Of a DNA stretch of 64,000 nt, positions 1-14,282 are shown piece by piece. Position 1 is the first letter of the stretch, and each line of letters begins with the position of its first letter. A model generated the notes under the pieces. The model had not been told where the DNA came from. It did no database searches and saw only the letters and a list, made by a program, of their open reading frames with translations. The position numbers were made by a program, and so were the translations under genes. The DNA is from Tubulanus polymorphus (Eukaryota > Animalia > Nemertea), in contig NC_134027.1 in NCBI RefSeq assembly GCF_964204645.1, forward strand, positions 10,820,485 through 10,884,484, written 5' to 3'.

Positions 1-3000
1 AGTGGTAATTTCCAATAGAATTCAGCGCGCGACACTACTTATGACACATTTCTTATACGCACTCGCTTGCTTGCATATTGCAGTCGAAACTTCACTTCAT
101 ATTCAACAAATTGTTCATCGTGATTGATACTCTCCCGATACTTCCACGGTCCTGTCAACCGGTGAAAGGTACATGTATCCTATGTCTCGGAATGGCTGAA
201 TGCTGCGTATCCGTAGCTAAAGGTTCTGCCCCCTACCGATGGGGAATGCAAACGTAGATCCAGGGCGAGCTTGGGTCCTTGGTGCATTTTCAATGTATGA
301 GATATATTTGAAATATGAAATGATCAAAAACAAACAGTATCCAGGAATGCCCATAATGTAAGAAAAAGCGATCAATTTTTCAAAATTTCCTACATTGCTT
401 TGCGCCTTTGATGCTCGCAGTTAGGTTACGTTCAGGCTGAAGGACCAGTAGAGCACCATCCCTTTTAAGGATCAACTGTGTTGATCATTATAGAATGGTT
501 CTGAGAGTCTTTCTTATTGCACTCGGTGGCACAAATTGTAACCAATGGATATACACAACTGATATTTTGGCATCACTCGGAAATCCCTCTAGAAGGGCTT
601 TCCCAGTGACATCATTATCAAGAACTGTTTTACCATGTTGTCGTGACTCAAAGGGGAAACCCATTACCATTTATATCATCGAAGTTGAATACGCTTACTA
701 CACAGTCTACGATGATTTCATCTTTATCAGCTGTTTATACGTCATTGCAAATCCAAGAACAAATCCATTTTGCGGGGTACATTCGCACCCAACACAGCCA
801 CTGGGTCCGGAATTTGGGTTATTTGACGGTTCTTGAAAAGCAATTTTCATTTTCCGAAAAGGGAACTAGATGCGCTCCTGCTGTCTTGTAAGCCATAAGT
901 GGCATTCCATACTATGAAATGTTTGGAACAATATAGACAGAAACGAGTATTATCACTTGCAAAACATCTGTACTTAATTACTGGTCCTTTCCACTTTTGA
1001 ACCGACTAATTTAAACTGACCAAAAGGACCGATGCTGTTGTTGTGATTTAAACATTAGCTCTTAATTGTATGTGTAATTGGTGATTGGATATTTGGCTCT
1101 AAGCTGTGAAACTTATGATTCGCGCGATGAAGTCTCCAGGTTCACAGACCTCTTGTAGCGTATCAGTGTTTTGGTAGTAGCTCGTACTCCTCATCGTTAA
1201 TTGATCCGGTCACTGATATTCGATAATCGGTATCTTATTCGCCGTTACTACTGGAACCACTTCGCAGAGTCTGTTTTACAGTCGCCGGGAAGTGGAAAGT
1301 CAATTGGGTGATCTGACAGTCAAGGGGACAGTGACACGCTGGGAAACGTAGTCATTTTACTCTTAAGAGTTCGGAAGCAATTACCGCCGCAATTACTTGA
1401 CCTGTTACAGCATCGCGAGCAAGTGTAGGTTTTCATCTTTGATTGCGGGTCGTATCTACGTCTGTCGTCGAAACGATTTCCGTGAATTTTCATTCATTGC
1501 CACCTGAGCTGTTAAGATAAACCCGTCGCCCCTTATCTCCGGCTTAAAATCCTTGAGAGTTAATTTAGACGGCGATGAACTGGCGAAATTAGCTGTTTTA
1601 TAACGTGCGCTAAGATAAGAGCTCAGGTCAGTGAAATGAGGGATTTTATAGGTCCGGCGATAGCTGCCGAGTCATTTTATGGTCGAGTAGTTCGCGCGGC
1701 GAATGACTGCGACAGCCATAAGCTCTTTTTAACGTGTCGTATAGACATACAAAATGGAATAATTGATCCGGCTTCGTTCGTAGGGGAAACCGATGAAGGT
1801 GTGTTGTCGGTCAGCAGGAGATCCAAGTCCGGCTGACTTGTGATCCGCGCGCAATACGTGGCAACCGCGGCGATAACCTGATACACTGTCTGTAAAGGGA
1901 TGGTCAAAAGAAAATAAGACAGACGAAAAGAAGTCGATCAGAGAGGGGAATTGAACTTCACAAAAATCTTTTAAGGTTACAGGACGAAAATGATCAAATT
2001 GAAGGAATTGATAGCAGAATTGAGAACCATTTTCATTTATCCATGTCGATCAATAAGCGAAGATCATTTTAAGATTTGATGACGATTCAGAAATCGATAA
2101 GGACTAGAATTATTTCAGCCCATTTCTATAGTGTATTTTGCAACCATAATGAATTGCAAACTTTCAGCTAATGCCATGTCTGATTGCAGACAGATTCAAA
2201 GTCATTGGATCCCATGTGTTCATCTGGGGGCATTGAATTATGGTATTGCCAGATTCACCATTTCCCAAGTGAGCATGATGATGTCCCTAGACCCTTTATT
2301 TTGCTCAAATTACTTTCCCTTCATCCCGCCAAACTGGGCATCGGCTTGGCGATCTGGAAAAAGTGGGAAAGAGCGCATATCGGGATCAAAATGAAGAAAA
2401 TTCAAGTTCGTTTTGTTTGCTCGGTGTCTGCTGTACACGCTGACTGTTCAGGGACTGCTCTCTTTAAGACAAGATATCATCTGAAGTGGAAGACACAAGT
2501 ATTCACAGACCAAGACACAATTGATGCCAGCCACTTTGTGATATGTGTATTGACTGGTCTAGCCGTGTGGTATATCTATGCCTTGGCGATACAAGATGCG
2601 AAGTGAAACAAAAAAATTGTCGTGTAGTCTTTCTTTATTACGGGGGGGGGGGGGGAGGTGGTGTCCTGTTTTGTGGACCAGTTTTAACTTGACCAACAGT
2701 TGAAGCAAATTCCGGTGTATATAAAACATAAAACTGGCCCCTGGCAGTTACTTCATCTGCCTGATTAGAAGGATGGACGAAATAGAAGTGACTTTTCATA
2801 AAAAGTATTCTACGGGTTCTGCATATTTTCTTACCGAATGATTCATTCTAGTTGCGTTCTAGTTGTCTTATAGGAATATCTAACAATAAGAGGTCGACTG
2901 GTATTTTCACTGTAAATTATGTATATGCTTTGTGAATTGGTGGTGTACGTTTAAAAGACTCGTTTAACACAACGTCTATACTTATCTCATGAGAAAGATG

Positions 3001-3583
3001 CGACTGTACGGTATCGAAAACCCAGGTAGTATCGTCGCAAATTGTATAACTTTTTATTTTCTGACCATAGACTCGAGCATTTACTCCATGGTCTTGTAAA
3101 CCTACACTACCAATTCACAGTTTATACATAATTTACTGATACGATACAAAACCATGGACTCGAGAATGTAGTCCTGTACTATTCATTGTCGGTATGTTGA
3201 CCTTTTTCTAAGCATTTTTGACGAGCAACATTCTTTTTGGAATCGTACCCCGCGGACAGAAAGGAGATTCTCAAATTCATTCTTTATGCAGATATACGTT
3301 GAACGAATGATTTGAGTTGATATCTGTGGATTTTTGTCAGAATCTCTCAGACTTAACGATAAGCGGTGGAAATCAAACTGCATTTGCAGGTTTTATCAAC
3401 AGAGAATATCTGTCACGAAGAATCATTTGACAGGTCATCAGTCCTCGGTAGTATCAACTTTGCAGAGGAATTGCCAAATCGTTAACCCTAGCTTTCTATA
3501 GTATATAAGACCTCGCTTATCCAGATCAGTCAAATCCAGATTCCTGTATAATCCGGATATCATCTACAGGACACCTTTACATC

Positions 3584-3876
3584 AGCCGCAATCACACAAG
3601 CATTTTTGCCCCGTGTCAAATTTGGCCCAGAATACCGGGGTTGGCGCTGTGCCTGTTTCGCCGAAAGCAACAATGTTGTTCCAGGCCTGAGCCAAATTTT
3701 AACATGGGTTAAGTTATTGTGTCTAAATGGCTTCAGGTGCCGGAAGTGACTCCCTTCACTTTGTTTAAGCATTATTTAGTATCGAGTGAGTGGTTTACAT
3801 GTGATCGCACTCTTTGATTTTATTAGGCATGGGTCAAACTTGATCCGGGACAAATGATCTCCGTGCGATCGCGGCT
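3584..3876. mobile_element. MITE family A (TIR ~AGCCGCGATCACAC...GTGTGATCGCGGCT)
   Basis: Terminal inverted repeats and internal GGCCCA/TGGGCC-rich repeats. Related copies or fragments at ~7545-7720, 8449-8779, 10640-10925, ~14590-14890, 16181-16418, 18899-19203 and 31228-31351. Confidence 0.8.
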
Positions 3877-5292
3877 ATAAATGTACCCGTACATAAATTG
3901 CAATGCTTATTCCAGATTTTTCATAAACCTGATGTGGATTATTAATTCTGTATTTCTCGTCCTGTTCAGGATTTATTTTCAAGAGTCAACTCTATCTCGT
4001 ATCGGATCGGGTCACGGGGAAAAACTTCTCTCGTGGCGCTAGTCGAACTCGATATCGTAGCGGCGGCGAAAATAAAAAACATGAAACGTGATCACCGGCC
4101 ATTGGAGACTTCGGTAATCACCTCCCACATAAAACGTGGTTCTCTAATGAAATCTGTCCACTTATATAACGTAACATCTCGGGTGCCGATTCAAAGCTAT
4201 ATCCGTGGCGAATAAATGACATTACCGAAATCCGCTGGTCTCACGTTTTTGCGACGTCGCTTCGGGCGACGGCATTCAATCCAGTCCCAATCAATTTAGG
4301 TCCACGTAAACCTTGGAACCTGACTTCGCGGAAGTGTTCATCGCAGTGGAAGTCGGCGCATGATCCGCGCGGTTCTCCTTTATACAGCGTTCTCGTCCTC
4401 GAGAAGATTGTCTTCACCTGTCGCGTTCTCACTTACATCGCTTTCCGTCTCTTGTCTGATGATTTTTCTTAAATATTGATATGACGAGAATGATTGCGAT
4501 GACCGATTTTTGTTTCGAGTCTAACGTCTCAAGGTGTTGGAATGGTTCTTCCACATTTTCCGTGGTTGTATATTTCTGTAAAAGCTTATCTTATCGCACA
4601 CGGCAAGAAAACTGTCGACCAAAAAACGGATCTCTGGTTTCGATGTTCGATGCCAAAAACGGATCTCGTGTTTCGATGTTCGATGTTTAGTTCAGCCTCA
4701 TAACAATTCAGTTCGTAACACAGCCAACCATATGCAAACGAAGTAGATTTGAAAAGTAACGTTTATGAAAATGGCAGTGATTTCCATCATTTATGTGATC
4801 CACTCATTGTTACTCAAAGGCGGATCTAGGATTCTTTGAAAGTGGTGGACCTGAAAATTGGAACGGGCACTTAATTTGAAAAGGGCTGATTTGGCAATAC
4901 GAGGGCTGTAAGCGCTACCTGTCAAACATATAATGGAATTTTAGGAACTAATGCACCGCAGTGTAGATGCACTATAGCGATATACCTGTCATTCAACACA
5001 TTAGGGAGGAATCTTTCAAACATTTCAAATTATCTCCAGCACATTTGGGTATTAATTAGTTGCACTGAAAGTGTTTTAAGAGAAATAATCTTCCCTAGTT
5101 TACGGATGTGGTAGGCGGATGAAAAAAGTCTTTGAAGAAAATGAAATGATTTTAATCGCAAGCATCATCTGGCGCGACAGCTGTCGATGCGTATATATCT
5201 CGTAATATGTTCGATTTTCTTTTCGAGCGGCTCTTTTCCGGCTCTGTTGTTCAACGTTAGATTGTTCTCTAAACTTCATTACTAGATTAAAA

Positions 5293-5578
5293 CCCTTTCA
5301 GTGCGTCTACACCCCGGTGCGGTGTATAAATCAGCGATGGACTTAGCTAGTGCACGGCATTGCAGTGTATCCATGTAATTGTTAATTAATTTTTATATCT
5401 ATTGAAAGATGGCATCATCTGTCAAAGGTAGTAAAATATTGGCAACTGATGATACACCGCGCCGTGGTGTAGACGCACTAGTGGTATACCCGGTGTATGA
5501 CACAACGGGGGTAAATTTTCTTTAATTTTCAAATATTTCCAGCACTTTCGGGGTATCAATTAGCCAGCACTTAAGGGT
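5293..5578. mobile_element. MITE family B (piggyBac-like, CCCTTTCAGTGC ends), diverged copy
   Basis: Similar along its length to the intact copy at 11633-11909. Partial copies at ~4950-5070 and ~7281-7540 (the latter inverted). Confidence 0.65.
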
Positions 5579-8448
5579 TTGATTATTCCATAAGTAGTTA
5601 CTAAAATGATTATGCGCACACAGCGAATTTTCGTTTTTTCGACAGATGATCGATTGAAAGCCGACGGATTAAGCTGCGACAAGTGCTCGGTCGGTGTCCG
5701 CGCCGGTTTTCTGGCGATTGTACCGTCCGATATATTTGCTTTTGTCACAGATCCGATGTTACACTCGCGTTGTCGGTTCACAATATCGGGACCTCTGTAA
5801 ATATTAGTTGAGTGGACGACACTAATATTAGCTCGAAGATAATATGGTGGCAATCGTTCGTCCTCCCGCCTCGCCTGTATAATCAACAGCTGCGATGCTG
5901 ATTTATCCCGTCGATCGAGATCGATAGAATGTGGAATTCTCGTATTTGCCTCAATCAGGCACGGTCCTCATTATAAAGGAAAACAGTGATTAGTATCTAG
6001 CATTCAAATCTATTTCATCATCATCATCATCATCATCATTTGCTGGCTACATCTCCAAATGTACACATAGTTCTAAGTGCAATACATCTTTGGCCAAGAG
6101 TCTAAATATTAGGAGCCACTAAACCAAAATGAACGGTGCCTTTATTTCGCATCTACAGTTACATCAACCTATTAGCTGAAGATGACTATCAGAATGCAGT
6201 TGAAATGTTGAATGAATTTATAGCTGAAAGGAAACTTTTCGGACTTCATCTTTCATCCTATAAGTGTAGGATTCTCTATATATGAGCCCTCGAGTTGCCC
6301 TGCCTATTACTCCTCAAGCCGCCTGTATCCGCCCTGCCTATTACTACTCATTCTCATCCTCCTCGACTGTTTTTTTCGTCTGCTACACAAAAACAGTTAC
6401 AGTGGGATTCAAACCCATTAGTTTAGGATAAACGAGACATCGTAGATGTCTTAATACCCTTACAGTATAATCAGCATCTTCCTATTTGAAATTCTCGAGT
6501 ATTTCAGAGAATGAACAAGACAGATCCGAGCGCTCGCTTATATGCAAGTATCGAGGGCCCACCGATTTCGGTGGCCCACCTCATCAAATCTTATATCGTA
6601 CGAAAGCCGCGGCGATTTACAACGAAATAACACAAACTTGTATAATACATGAAAATCGACCGGAAAAGAGCTATTCGGTATCGTCATAAATGTGGATTAT
6701 CCCTTGACTTTTCTGAGAAGTAACGGACACTAGGGAAATTCCTGAGCGTTAATGGGTTAACATAAGATGAAATTGATCGATAGGTTTGTACGTATCAAGA
6801 TGCACACAATGATCGCACTGTTTGTTATGATCAATGGAAGTATATAATTCAGTCATTTGTAATAAATGTATTTGTAATAATTGCTATTGCTACTGCTAGG
6901 GCGGTCTACTATTCCATTTGGAATGATTGGTCGAGAGGTCTGTGCGCACGCTCGCTCGAGTCCTAATTTCTCTGAATAGTTGCCTCTTTTATTGCGGCGG
7001 ATTTTTTTCGCGCAGATTTACGAGATTCGGGCGTATTTCTCCGCGGGGAATCGACGACGTCGCGTTATTTTCAGCCGTTGTTCTCGGTTTTTACCTCGTC
7101 GGCGACGATGTATATGTTAGTAGTATCACTGTTCTTTTTGACGCCGGATTTCATGAAAACAGCGTCAAATCATTATCAAAGCGATAGAATACGTTTCGGT
7201 AATCTACATGATAGTCCTATATGTTGCGGTAATCCACATGTTAGTCCGAGGTTTCTGCGCTGAAGGATTTTCATCAATACTTAACCCTTTCAGTGCCAAC
7301 TAATTGATACCCCTAAGTGCTGGAGTAGATTTGTAAATTTTATTCCATCCCAGTGCATTAAATAATAGGCATACCGCTATAACCTGTTTACATCACTATG
7401 CGATGTATTGTTAGTTAATGTAATATTTAAGTGTTTGGGAGCTGCTACCATCTGAGATAAAAACTAATTAATGACATCAATACACTGTTATGCGATGTAC
7501 TAGCAAAGTCATCACTGATTTACATATACACCGCACTGCGTACTCTCTAATTAGGCACGGGCCAAATTTTATCCGGGGCCAATTCGGCCCAGGCCAAATC
7601 GTGTCCGTGTGATCGCGGCTGATAACTACATTTTATTCGCCGACCTTTTCAACAATTCGTGCTTGGCGTGTTCCGGGCCTAATTTGGCCCAGGCCAAAAA
7701 CACTTGCGTGATCCCTGCTATCAATACATTTTCTAAGAACAAGCCTTGCGCTACATTAACTTTTTCAGTCTGATTACTCCAAGATTCATGGAAATGAAGT
7801 CGTGTGGTAAATGCTGCTGCCGCTGCTAAACATCTCATCGTCGGCGTTTTATAAGTTTCGTGTTCATTTACATAAACCTGACTCAAGAGCGACGTCGACT
7901 TCATATCGTTCACTGTTATTTTTTTCAGAATTTGAAAAACCTCACGTCATTCAATCGATAAAAGTCCGTTCACTCTTCTACGCGCGCGAGGAAGAGTTAC
8001 GCGACCTATTTTCCGTGACAAATTCGATTTTTATTTGACGCTATTGACACAGAGATGGTAGGAGATTGTTTTTCCGGCGAGGGTCTAAGAAATGCGAAGT
8101 ATGAAATAGGTTAATGAAGGGATTATCTAACCGATACGTATCTGGGCGGCGGAATATCGCTTGTTGTTAGTCGCTAATTCCTTCTGCTTAACTTGTTGTG
8201 CAGAGATTTAGGGTTAGTTTACCATACTAATACGGCAGATCAATTTAAGCACGGGAACTCACTGGAATAGATACCGGCGGCGGCGGCTCTCGTCTCTATC
8301 TCGACGCATTGTTTCATCGGTCTTGTTTCATATTCGGCGCGTACGTTACGAACTGAAATTTTTTGAAGATGCGGACGTTGCCAGTTGCTAGAGATATATA
8401 ATTACGAATAGAAATAGATCGAAGCGCTGGCTAAAATGAAACGTAAAC

Positions 8449-8779
8449 GGCGCGATCACGCGGAGACGATTTGGAGCGGGCCAAATTTGGCCAAATAACA
8501 GAGCGCGTTCACGCATGAACCACTCACTCGATAGTAAACAATGTTTAAACAAAGTGAAGTGAGTCATTTCCAGATCCGGTTGCAATTCAAACGGCAAAGA
8601 TTTGACCTCTGCTAAAATTCGGTTCGGGATCTTGTAAGACATTATTCACGGGCCTATATGCCACCCGTGTGAACAGATTCGGCTCGGGACCTGGTCCAAC
8701 GTTTTCACTTTTGGCCCAGGCTAAACAGGCACAGGCCCATTCGGCACCCGCGTGAACAAATGCTTGTGTGATCGTCACT
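8449..8779. mobile_element. MITE family A copy
   Basis: GCGCGATCACGCGG start and GTGTGATCGTCAC end; shares the internal ACCACTCACTCGATA...AAGTGAGTCATTTCC core. Confidence 0.7.
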
Positions 8780-10639
8780 ATAGTTACTGATCATAACAAT
8801 CATACTCAAATGTTTTTTATTGTAAAATTGTAAAGAATTCAATAAAGTTCTGTTGCATTATATTGTATTGACAACAATCCTACACAACTGCATATGCGCA
8901 CTGGGGCTATATTTTTGGAGGTGTTGCGCACCTGGATATTCTCTGCTTCTTATATCTCTGCTTCAGGAGGTATATCCCTACTTCAGGAAGACGGCATTTC
9001 AACGGCTAACAATGAGTTATATACATTATGCTCTCGAATCCAAAAGACATCTTCGAGAAACCTCTAGACGATGAGCATTGGTAGAGTTTTCGATAGATAA
9101 TTAATTGATTTATGTTCATGAAACGTAGAATTATTTGAAAGCGCACTCTACCGAACCTGACAAGAATCCTTGCTCATTGAGCGCTGTACAGACCTGACTA
9201 TGGATACTATTTCAGAGTAGTTTCTATTCTCCTTAAGACCTCAACTACTCACGAGTGCTCCAAACTTTCCAACTAGATCTAGTTCTTTTTCAATTGAATT
9301 AATATTTGCAATGTCACATTACTCTCAATTTTTATTACTCTCAATTTTGGTGAAAACTACAACTAAAGATTTCAGGCATTCAAGACTGTTAACAAGCTCA
9401 ATTACCTGATTTTCAATCACCTTTAATCTGGTTTTTTAGGCTCTCAAAAAAAACCATCAAAACCTGTAGAAGATGAGCGTTTGGTGGTAGGGGATCTTCT
9501 GAGACGAAATGTAAAATCAATTGAAAGCGGATATTACCGAACCTGGCGGAATCCTCACTCGCCACACACGTACTGTAAACAAGCCCAATTACATTTCTGA
9601 TTATCGAAACGGCATTTTCAGACGTGTGATCGAGAAACTGTCTCGAGGATGCAAAGTCATGAGTCTGATTAAGGACATTCTCGAGTGTGTGTGCGTGTGT
9701 GTGTGTGTGTACGTATGCGAGAAACCCGCACACGGATTCTCTATGTAAGAACCGACGACGACGTCTCGCGTCCGAGACGAGAGAACAGCGTCGTCTGCCG
9801 CCGCCGCCGTCCGACATTTATTCCGCGGAATGATTTTCTGATTAGTTGCGCGATGATATATGCGTTTCGTCTAGTCTGTGATATTTTGCAGATTTGCGGC
9901 CGTGAAAGAATGTCCTAGCATACATTCTATACAGTTACACGGCGATCGTGCGCCAGTATCGCTCTCGACCACTATATATTATGACGTTTCCATTAGTTAG
10001 ATCCGGCCGATGGTATATTTATTTGTTGAGCCGTTTTTTTTTCTTGCCCCTCTTACTCCTTACCATTCTCTTCGATAAATGCCTTGTCGTCAACGTCATT
10101 GCGCTACGGCTATTTGACCGATCTTGTCCGTAACCCGAGTTAGGTTTCTCCAATAAATAATGAAGCTATCCGTTGCAAGGTTATTCTATTAGTCAGTATT
10201 CGCATTAATGTCATTCATGATTGGATACTAGTCGTTCGATGTGTTTTCTTCGCCCTCGGCAATACTCATCCCATGATGGGTGTTTATTGTTGTACGGTTT
10301 TAACCGATGGCCATTGCGGCCGGCCGTTTCGTTTAAACCATCGGGGGAACATTTTTCAAATTGTCAGCGATAAATAAAACCGGCGATGGTGAATATCCAC
10401 ACCATGCAGAACATCTACACTCTTCTGTTAAATCGGCTCACGCTGTTGGTTTTTGATCTTAAATAGGACCGATTGCGGCTATTTTACTACTAACCTAGTT
10501 TTTATGCGTGATGTAAATTGTTTCGAAAAAAGTAATCGTCATGTTTCTTAGTAAAGATTCAAAAATCCTTTAATGTATTATGAATGGATGTTAGATTGAT
10601 GAGCTAGTCCAAGTGCCTCTCCAACCTGATTTCATGTAC

Positions 10640-10925
10640 TGCCACGATCACACAGACAATTTGACCCAGGCTGAACTGGCACGGATCACGCCCGAGCCAA
10701 ATTTGGCCCATGTCTAATTAGATGGCACGGCGCATACATGCACAAACCACTCACTCGATACAAAACAATGCTTAAACAAAACGAAGTGAGTCATTTCCGG
10801 AGCCAGTTGCAATTCACATGCAATCATTTACCCCATGCTAAAATTTGGCTCGGGCCTGGTCCGACGTTTTTGGTTTCGCACCCGTTTGTTGTTCCGGGCC
10901 TAATTTGGTTCATGCGATCGCGGCT
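10640..10925. mobile_element. MITE family A copy
   Basis: GCCACGATCACAC...TGCGATCGCGGCT termini and the shared internal core. Confidence 0.75.
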
Positions 10926-11632
10926 TCTGAATCGACATTCATTGTCCGACCTTCTCCAACGCTTTTGTTTCGACTGATTCTGTTAGAGAGACCATACTGA
11001 GCTGCGAGTTGGTACCTCGCAGCAGTGCACTTTGATGGTTTATAATCTGATTACCGATAGAATCATACTCAACTATCTACAGTCATACACTGATTGCTTC
11101 TGATTGTGTCTGTTGTAGTGTAAATAGTAGCATTATAGAGTTAATTGGTTTGCCGCGCATCGCTGATTAATTGTAGGTTCCGATCACGAACACTTCGGTA
11201 ATCTCCGGATTATTCCTAGTGTGTGTATATATAGGTTCAAGTACAGCATGATAAAAACGCCGATGAACAGATAGGTGTTTAGTGAACAAAACCCAAGCGA
11301 CTGATCTCGAAGACGTGACGGCGAAGCCTAAACAGTTGCAGACACTGGCGTTTCAAAGTTGAATTAATCAAAACATGAAAATTCTTTGATCGATGATTCC
11401 CGCGGCCCGGCTACTGCACGGGATACTAAATCAGGAAGGCTCGCGACGGCGAGGCGAGATGTAAAAAGATGAAATCATACCGTAGGCCATAAACGATGAA
11501 GACGCAAGAATCGATTGATTGAAAAATTGGCGCTCCCTGTCTTCAAAGATTATCGATGACTTTGTCTACTTTTGCCAAGACGAATTTCCAATTTGAAATC
11601 GTCCTAGGTCTTGACCTCAATCTCATTTTTAA

Positions 11633-11909
11633 CCCTTTCGGTGCGTCTACACCCCAGTGCGGTGTGTACATCCTTGACGTATTTTGCTAGTACACCGCAT
11701 TGTTGTGTGATGTTATTCGTAATTGAATTTTTATCTCAATTGAAAGATGATAGCACCTGTCAAACAGTGAAAAATAAGTAACTAATGATACACCGCACTG
11801 CAGTGTAGACACACTTAAGAGATATGCCCGCTTGTTTGGGGTGGAATATTTTTGAATTTTCAAATTGTCTCCAGTACTTTCGGGTATTAATTAGTCAGCA
11901 CTGAAAGGG
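11633..11909. mobile_element. piggyBac-type MITE with TTAA target-site duplication
   Basis: TTAA(11629-11632) CCCTTTCGGTGC ... GCACTGAAAGGG TTAA(11910-11913). A TTAA TSD with CCC/GGG ends is typical of piggyBac-derived elements. Confidence 0.85.
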
Positions 11910-13127
11910 TTAATGCTATGCAATTTTTGACGGGCACGGTTTCTTTGAAAAGTCTCTACAAAAGAAGCGCAGCGCTTCATCGGCCGCCGATTTGCCGTGA
12001 GTTTTCGTGAATTTCGAGCGTGTCGTGTTCGGGTTTTAAGCCGGTAATTATCGTAAAACGGGACATGTAATCACGAAGGGCTCAATACGGTATTCTCGCC
12101 GAGGAGGTGAATTCCGCGTGTTTGATGATATCTCGTTGCCCACTGCGACGAGATTCTCGACGGCTCTTCAACGGAAAGCCCGGCGTCGAATTTCATGCCG
12201 ATCGGAAGAAACAAGACGACGGCGTACGAGTTCATTATTAATTAATCGCTAATTTAAAAAGTTTAGCGTGATCTCTAGAAACGACAGACGAAGCGAGATC
12301 CGGAAAAAGATGGGACTTATCGACGAAAACTGATACATGTCTAGAAATTTTCATAATAATCATGATAATGATAATAATTTATTTGTTTACAAAGCCTTAT
12401 ACTATAAGGTAATCATAGCGCTTTAGAATAGTAATACATGAAATCGTAAAATCATTAAGATAGCATTGGAATACAAGAACATGAAGACAAGTTGTAAACG
12501 ATGGTAAAAGCCTTCCTTAAAAGATACGTTTTGAGGTTTCATTCGTTTAAAAACGTTGTCGACAGGTTCCCGAATACTGGACGATAAAACATTCCATAGC
12601 ACTGGGGTAGTGAACTTAACGGATACGTGAGGTTTATGAATAATTCCTAAACGCTTTTATTTTTTGTTTTTGACAGCATCGATTTCGATCGGGGCATATT
12701 TGAATTGATGCGCGTCTTAAAACACTCAGATTTAATGGATGTAGCAGAATTCTCCGATGATCCCGTTAAACCGCGCGAACGAGAAAAATCCGCCGTTGAA
12801 ATGTTTTTTGAAGCGTCGCAGCATCTTTTTAATCGGCGACACTTTGTAAATCTTTGAATAGATTTACATCCGAGAAGGGGAGGGAGGAACTGAATGCCGG
12901 ATACGCGGCACCTTTTACGAGTGCATCGCCCGAGTTATTGCGTATGTACTTCAGATTTTTTGTAGAGTGTTTGTTTAGAATCTGAAATCGTCAGTTTGCC
13001 GGAATGATGGTCGATTGTGAGATGCATATGCTTAGCGAGCGTTTTTTTTTTTAAGACTATAAAAAAGTATACAATATTTATAATCAACAGAAATTATAAA
13101 CTTGTCTTGATAAAATATAACTTTAAG

Positions 13128-13128
<1 letters not shown>

Positions 13129-13194
<66 letters not shown>
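13129..13194. repeat. (TA)n microsatellite
   Basis: Uninterrupted TA run. Confidence 0.98.
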
Positions 13195-13197
<3 letters not shown>

Positions 13198-13285
13198 TCA
13201 CTATTCACAACGTATTAATCTTTGGAGGGATCTATATACAACTAAGCCTCGTTTTATGAATATTGCAAAGTCGATTATAAGATTT

Positions 13286-13567
13286 GATAGAATATCAAGA
13301 TCGCCAAAAGAGTTCAAATTCAACGTGTTTTCACGGATTTCATTCCAGTAGATTGCGATTGAAATAAGATGCAATTCATCACCTAAAACATTAAAATCTC
13401 TAATAAGGCATGGGCCAAATTTGACTGATAGAATATCAAGATCACCAAAAGAGTTCAAATTCAACGTGTTTTCACAGATTTCATTCCAGTAGATTGCGAT
13501 TGAAATAAGATGCAATTCATCACCTAAAACATTAAAATCTCTAATAAGGCATGGGCCAAATTTGACT
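13286..13567. repeat. 141-bp tandem duplication (2 copies)
   Basis: GATAGAATATCAAGATC...GGGCCAAATTTGACT starts at 13286 and again at 13427, with few substitutions. Confidence 0.92.
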
Positions 13568-13988
13568 CGTCTCTGTGCAATCGCGGCTGTTGTCTAACTT
13601 CGAATTAGTGAATCGAGAAGTAAGGTTGATGGTAAATGAAAGAGTTGGGGGAAAAGAACAAGACCGATGACTGATGACTTAAATTGCTTATCTGCCTGAC
13701 TTAGACGTACGGAGAGATCAGATGATTTCTGCCGTCAGATTAGAAGCGAATATTTACCGGCAGTCAACAGCGAAGATTGATAATGGCTGGGGGTACCGTG
13801 TTCGAGCAAATTATTTCCGTTGTTGAGTTGTGATTGTTCATTAAAGAAATCGAAAAAAACGGGACGGCGCGTTCACCGCTTGCCCGAGAGAGTTTTTCAC
13901 ACGGAAATAGGTAAACATCGGCACTTCGGAAGTGTGTTAGAGATTTTTGCCACGCCGGCCTACCCAGCTACTTACTTCGTCTCCCCAG

Positions 13989-14282
13989 TTTTTTTTTTAA
14001 TCTTAAAATAGGGAATTTCCCTGTTATTTATTTGGCTGGTAAATTTCGTTTGATTTTTTGATTGAGTGTCCCATACAGACCCACCACACCTGCTGGGAGC
14101 GAAACAGGGGGTTTGATTTTGAAATCGGAAATCGAAGTACAAATATATTTGTGTGATCGGCGGTCGAGTTAACAGAATATTTTTTTCTTTAAATCGAAGT
14201 ACACAATTGGAAATTCGGTTCCGGTTCATTCAAACAATCTTCCATGCAGTCTGAACCGGCAAGCGATTGATTGGGGTGAATT
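13989..14282. repeat. dispersed repeat, inverted copy at ~42030-42322
   Basis: CCACACCTGCTGGGAGCGAAACAGGGGGTTTGATTTTGAAATC here matches the reverse complement at ~42175-42220, with flanking similarity. Confidence 0.8.

Noticed and set aside
10994-11027. hairpin CACTGAGCTGCGAG...CTCGCAGCAGTG as a miRNA precursor
   Set aside because: The stem is too short for a pre-miRNA and I recognise no known mature sequence.
13017-13515. ORFs 13017-13259 and 13201-13515
   Set aside because: They arise from the (TA)n run and the 141-bp (47-codon) tandem duplication; no protein signal.
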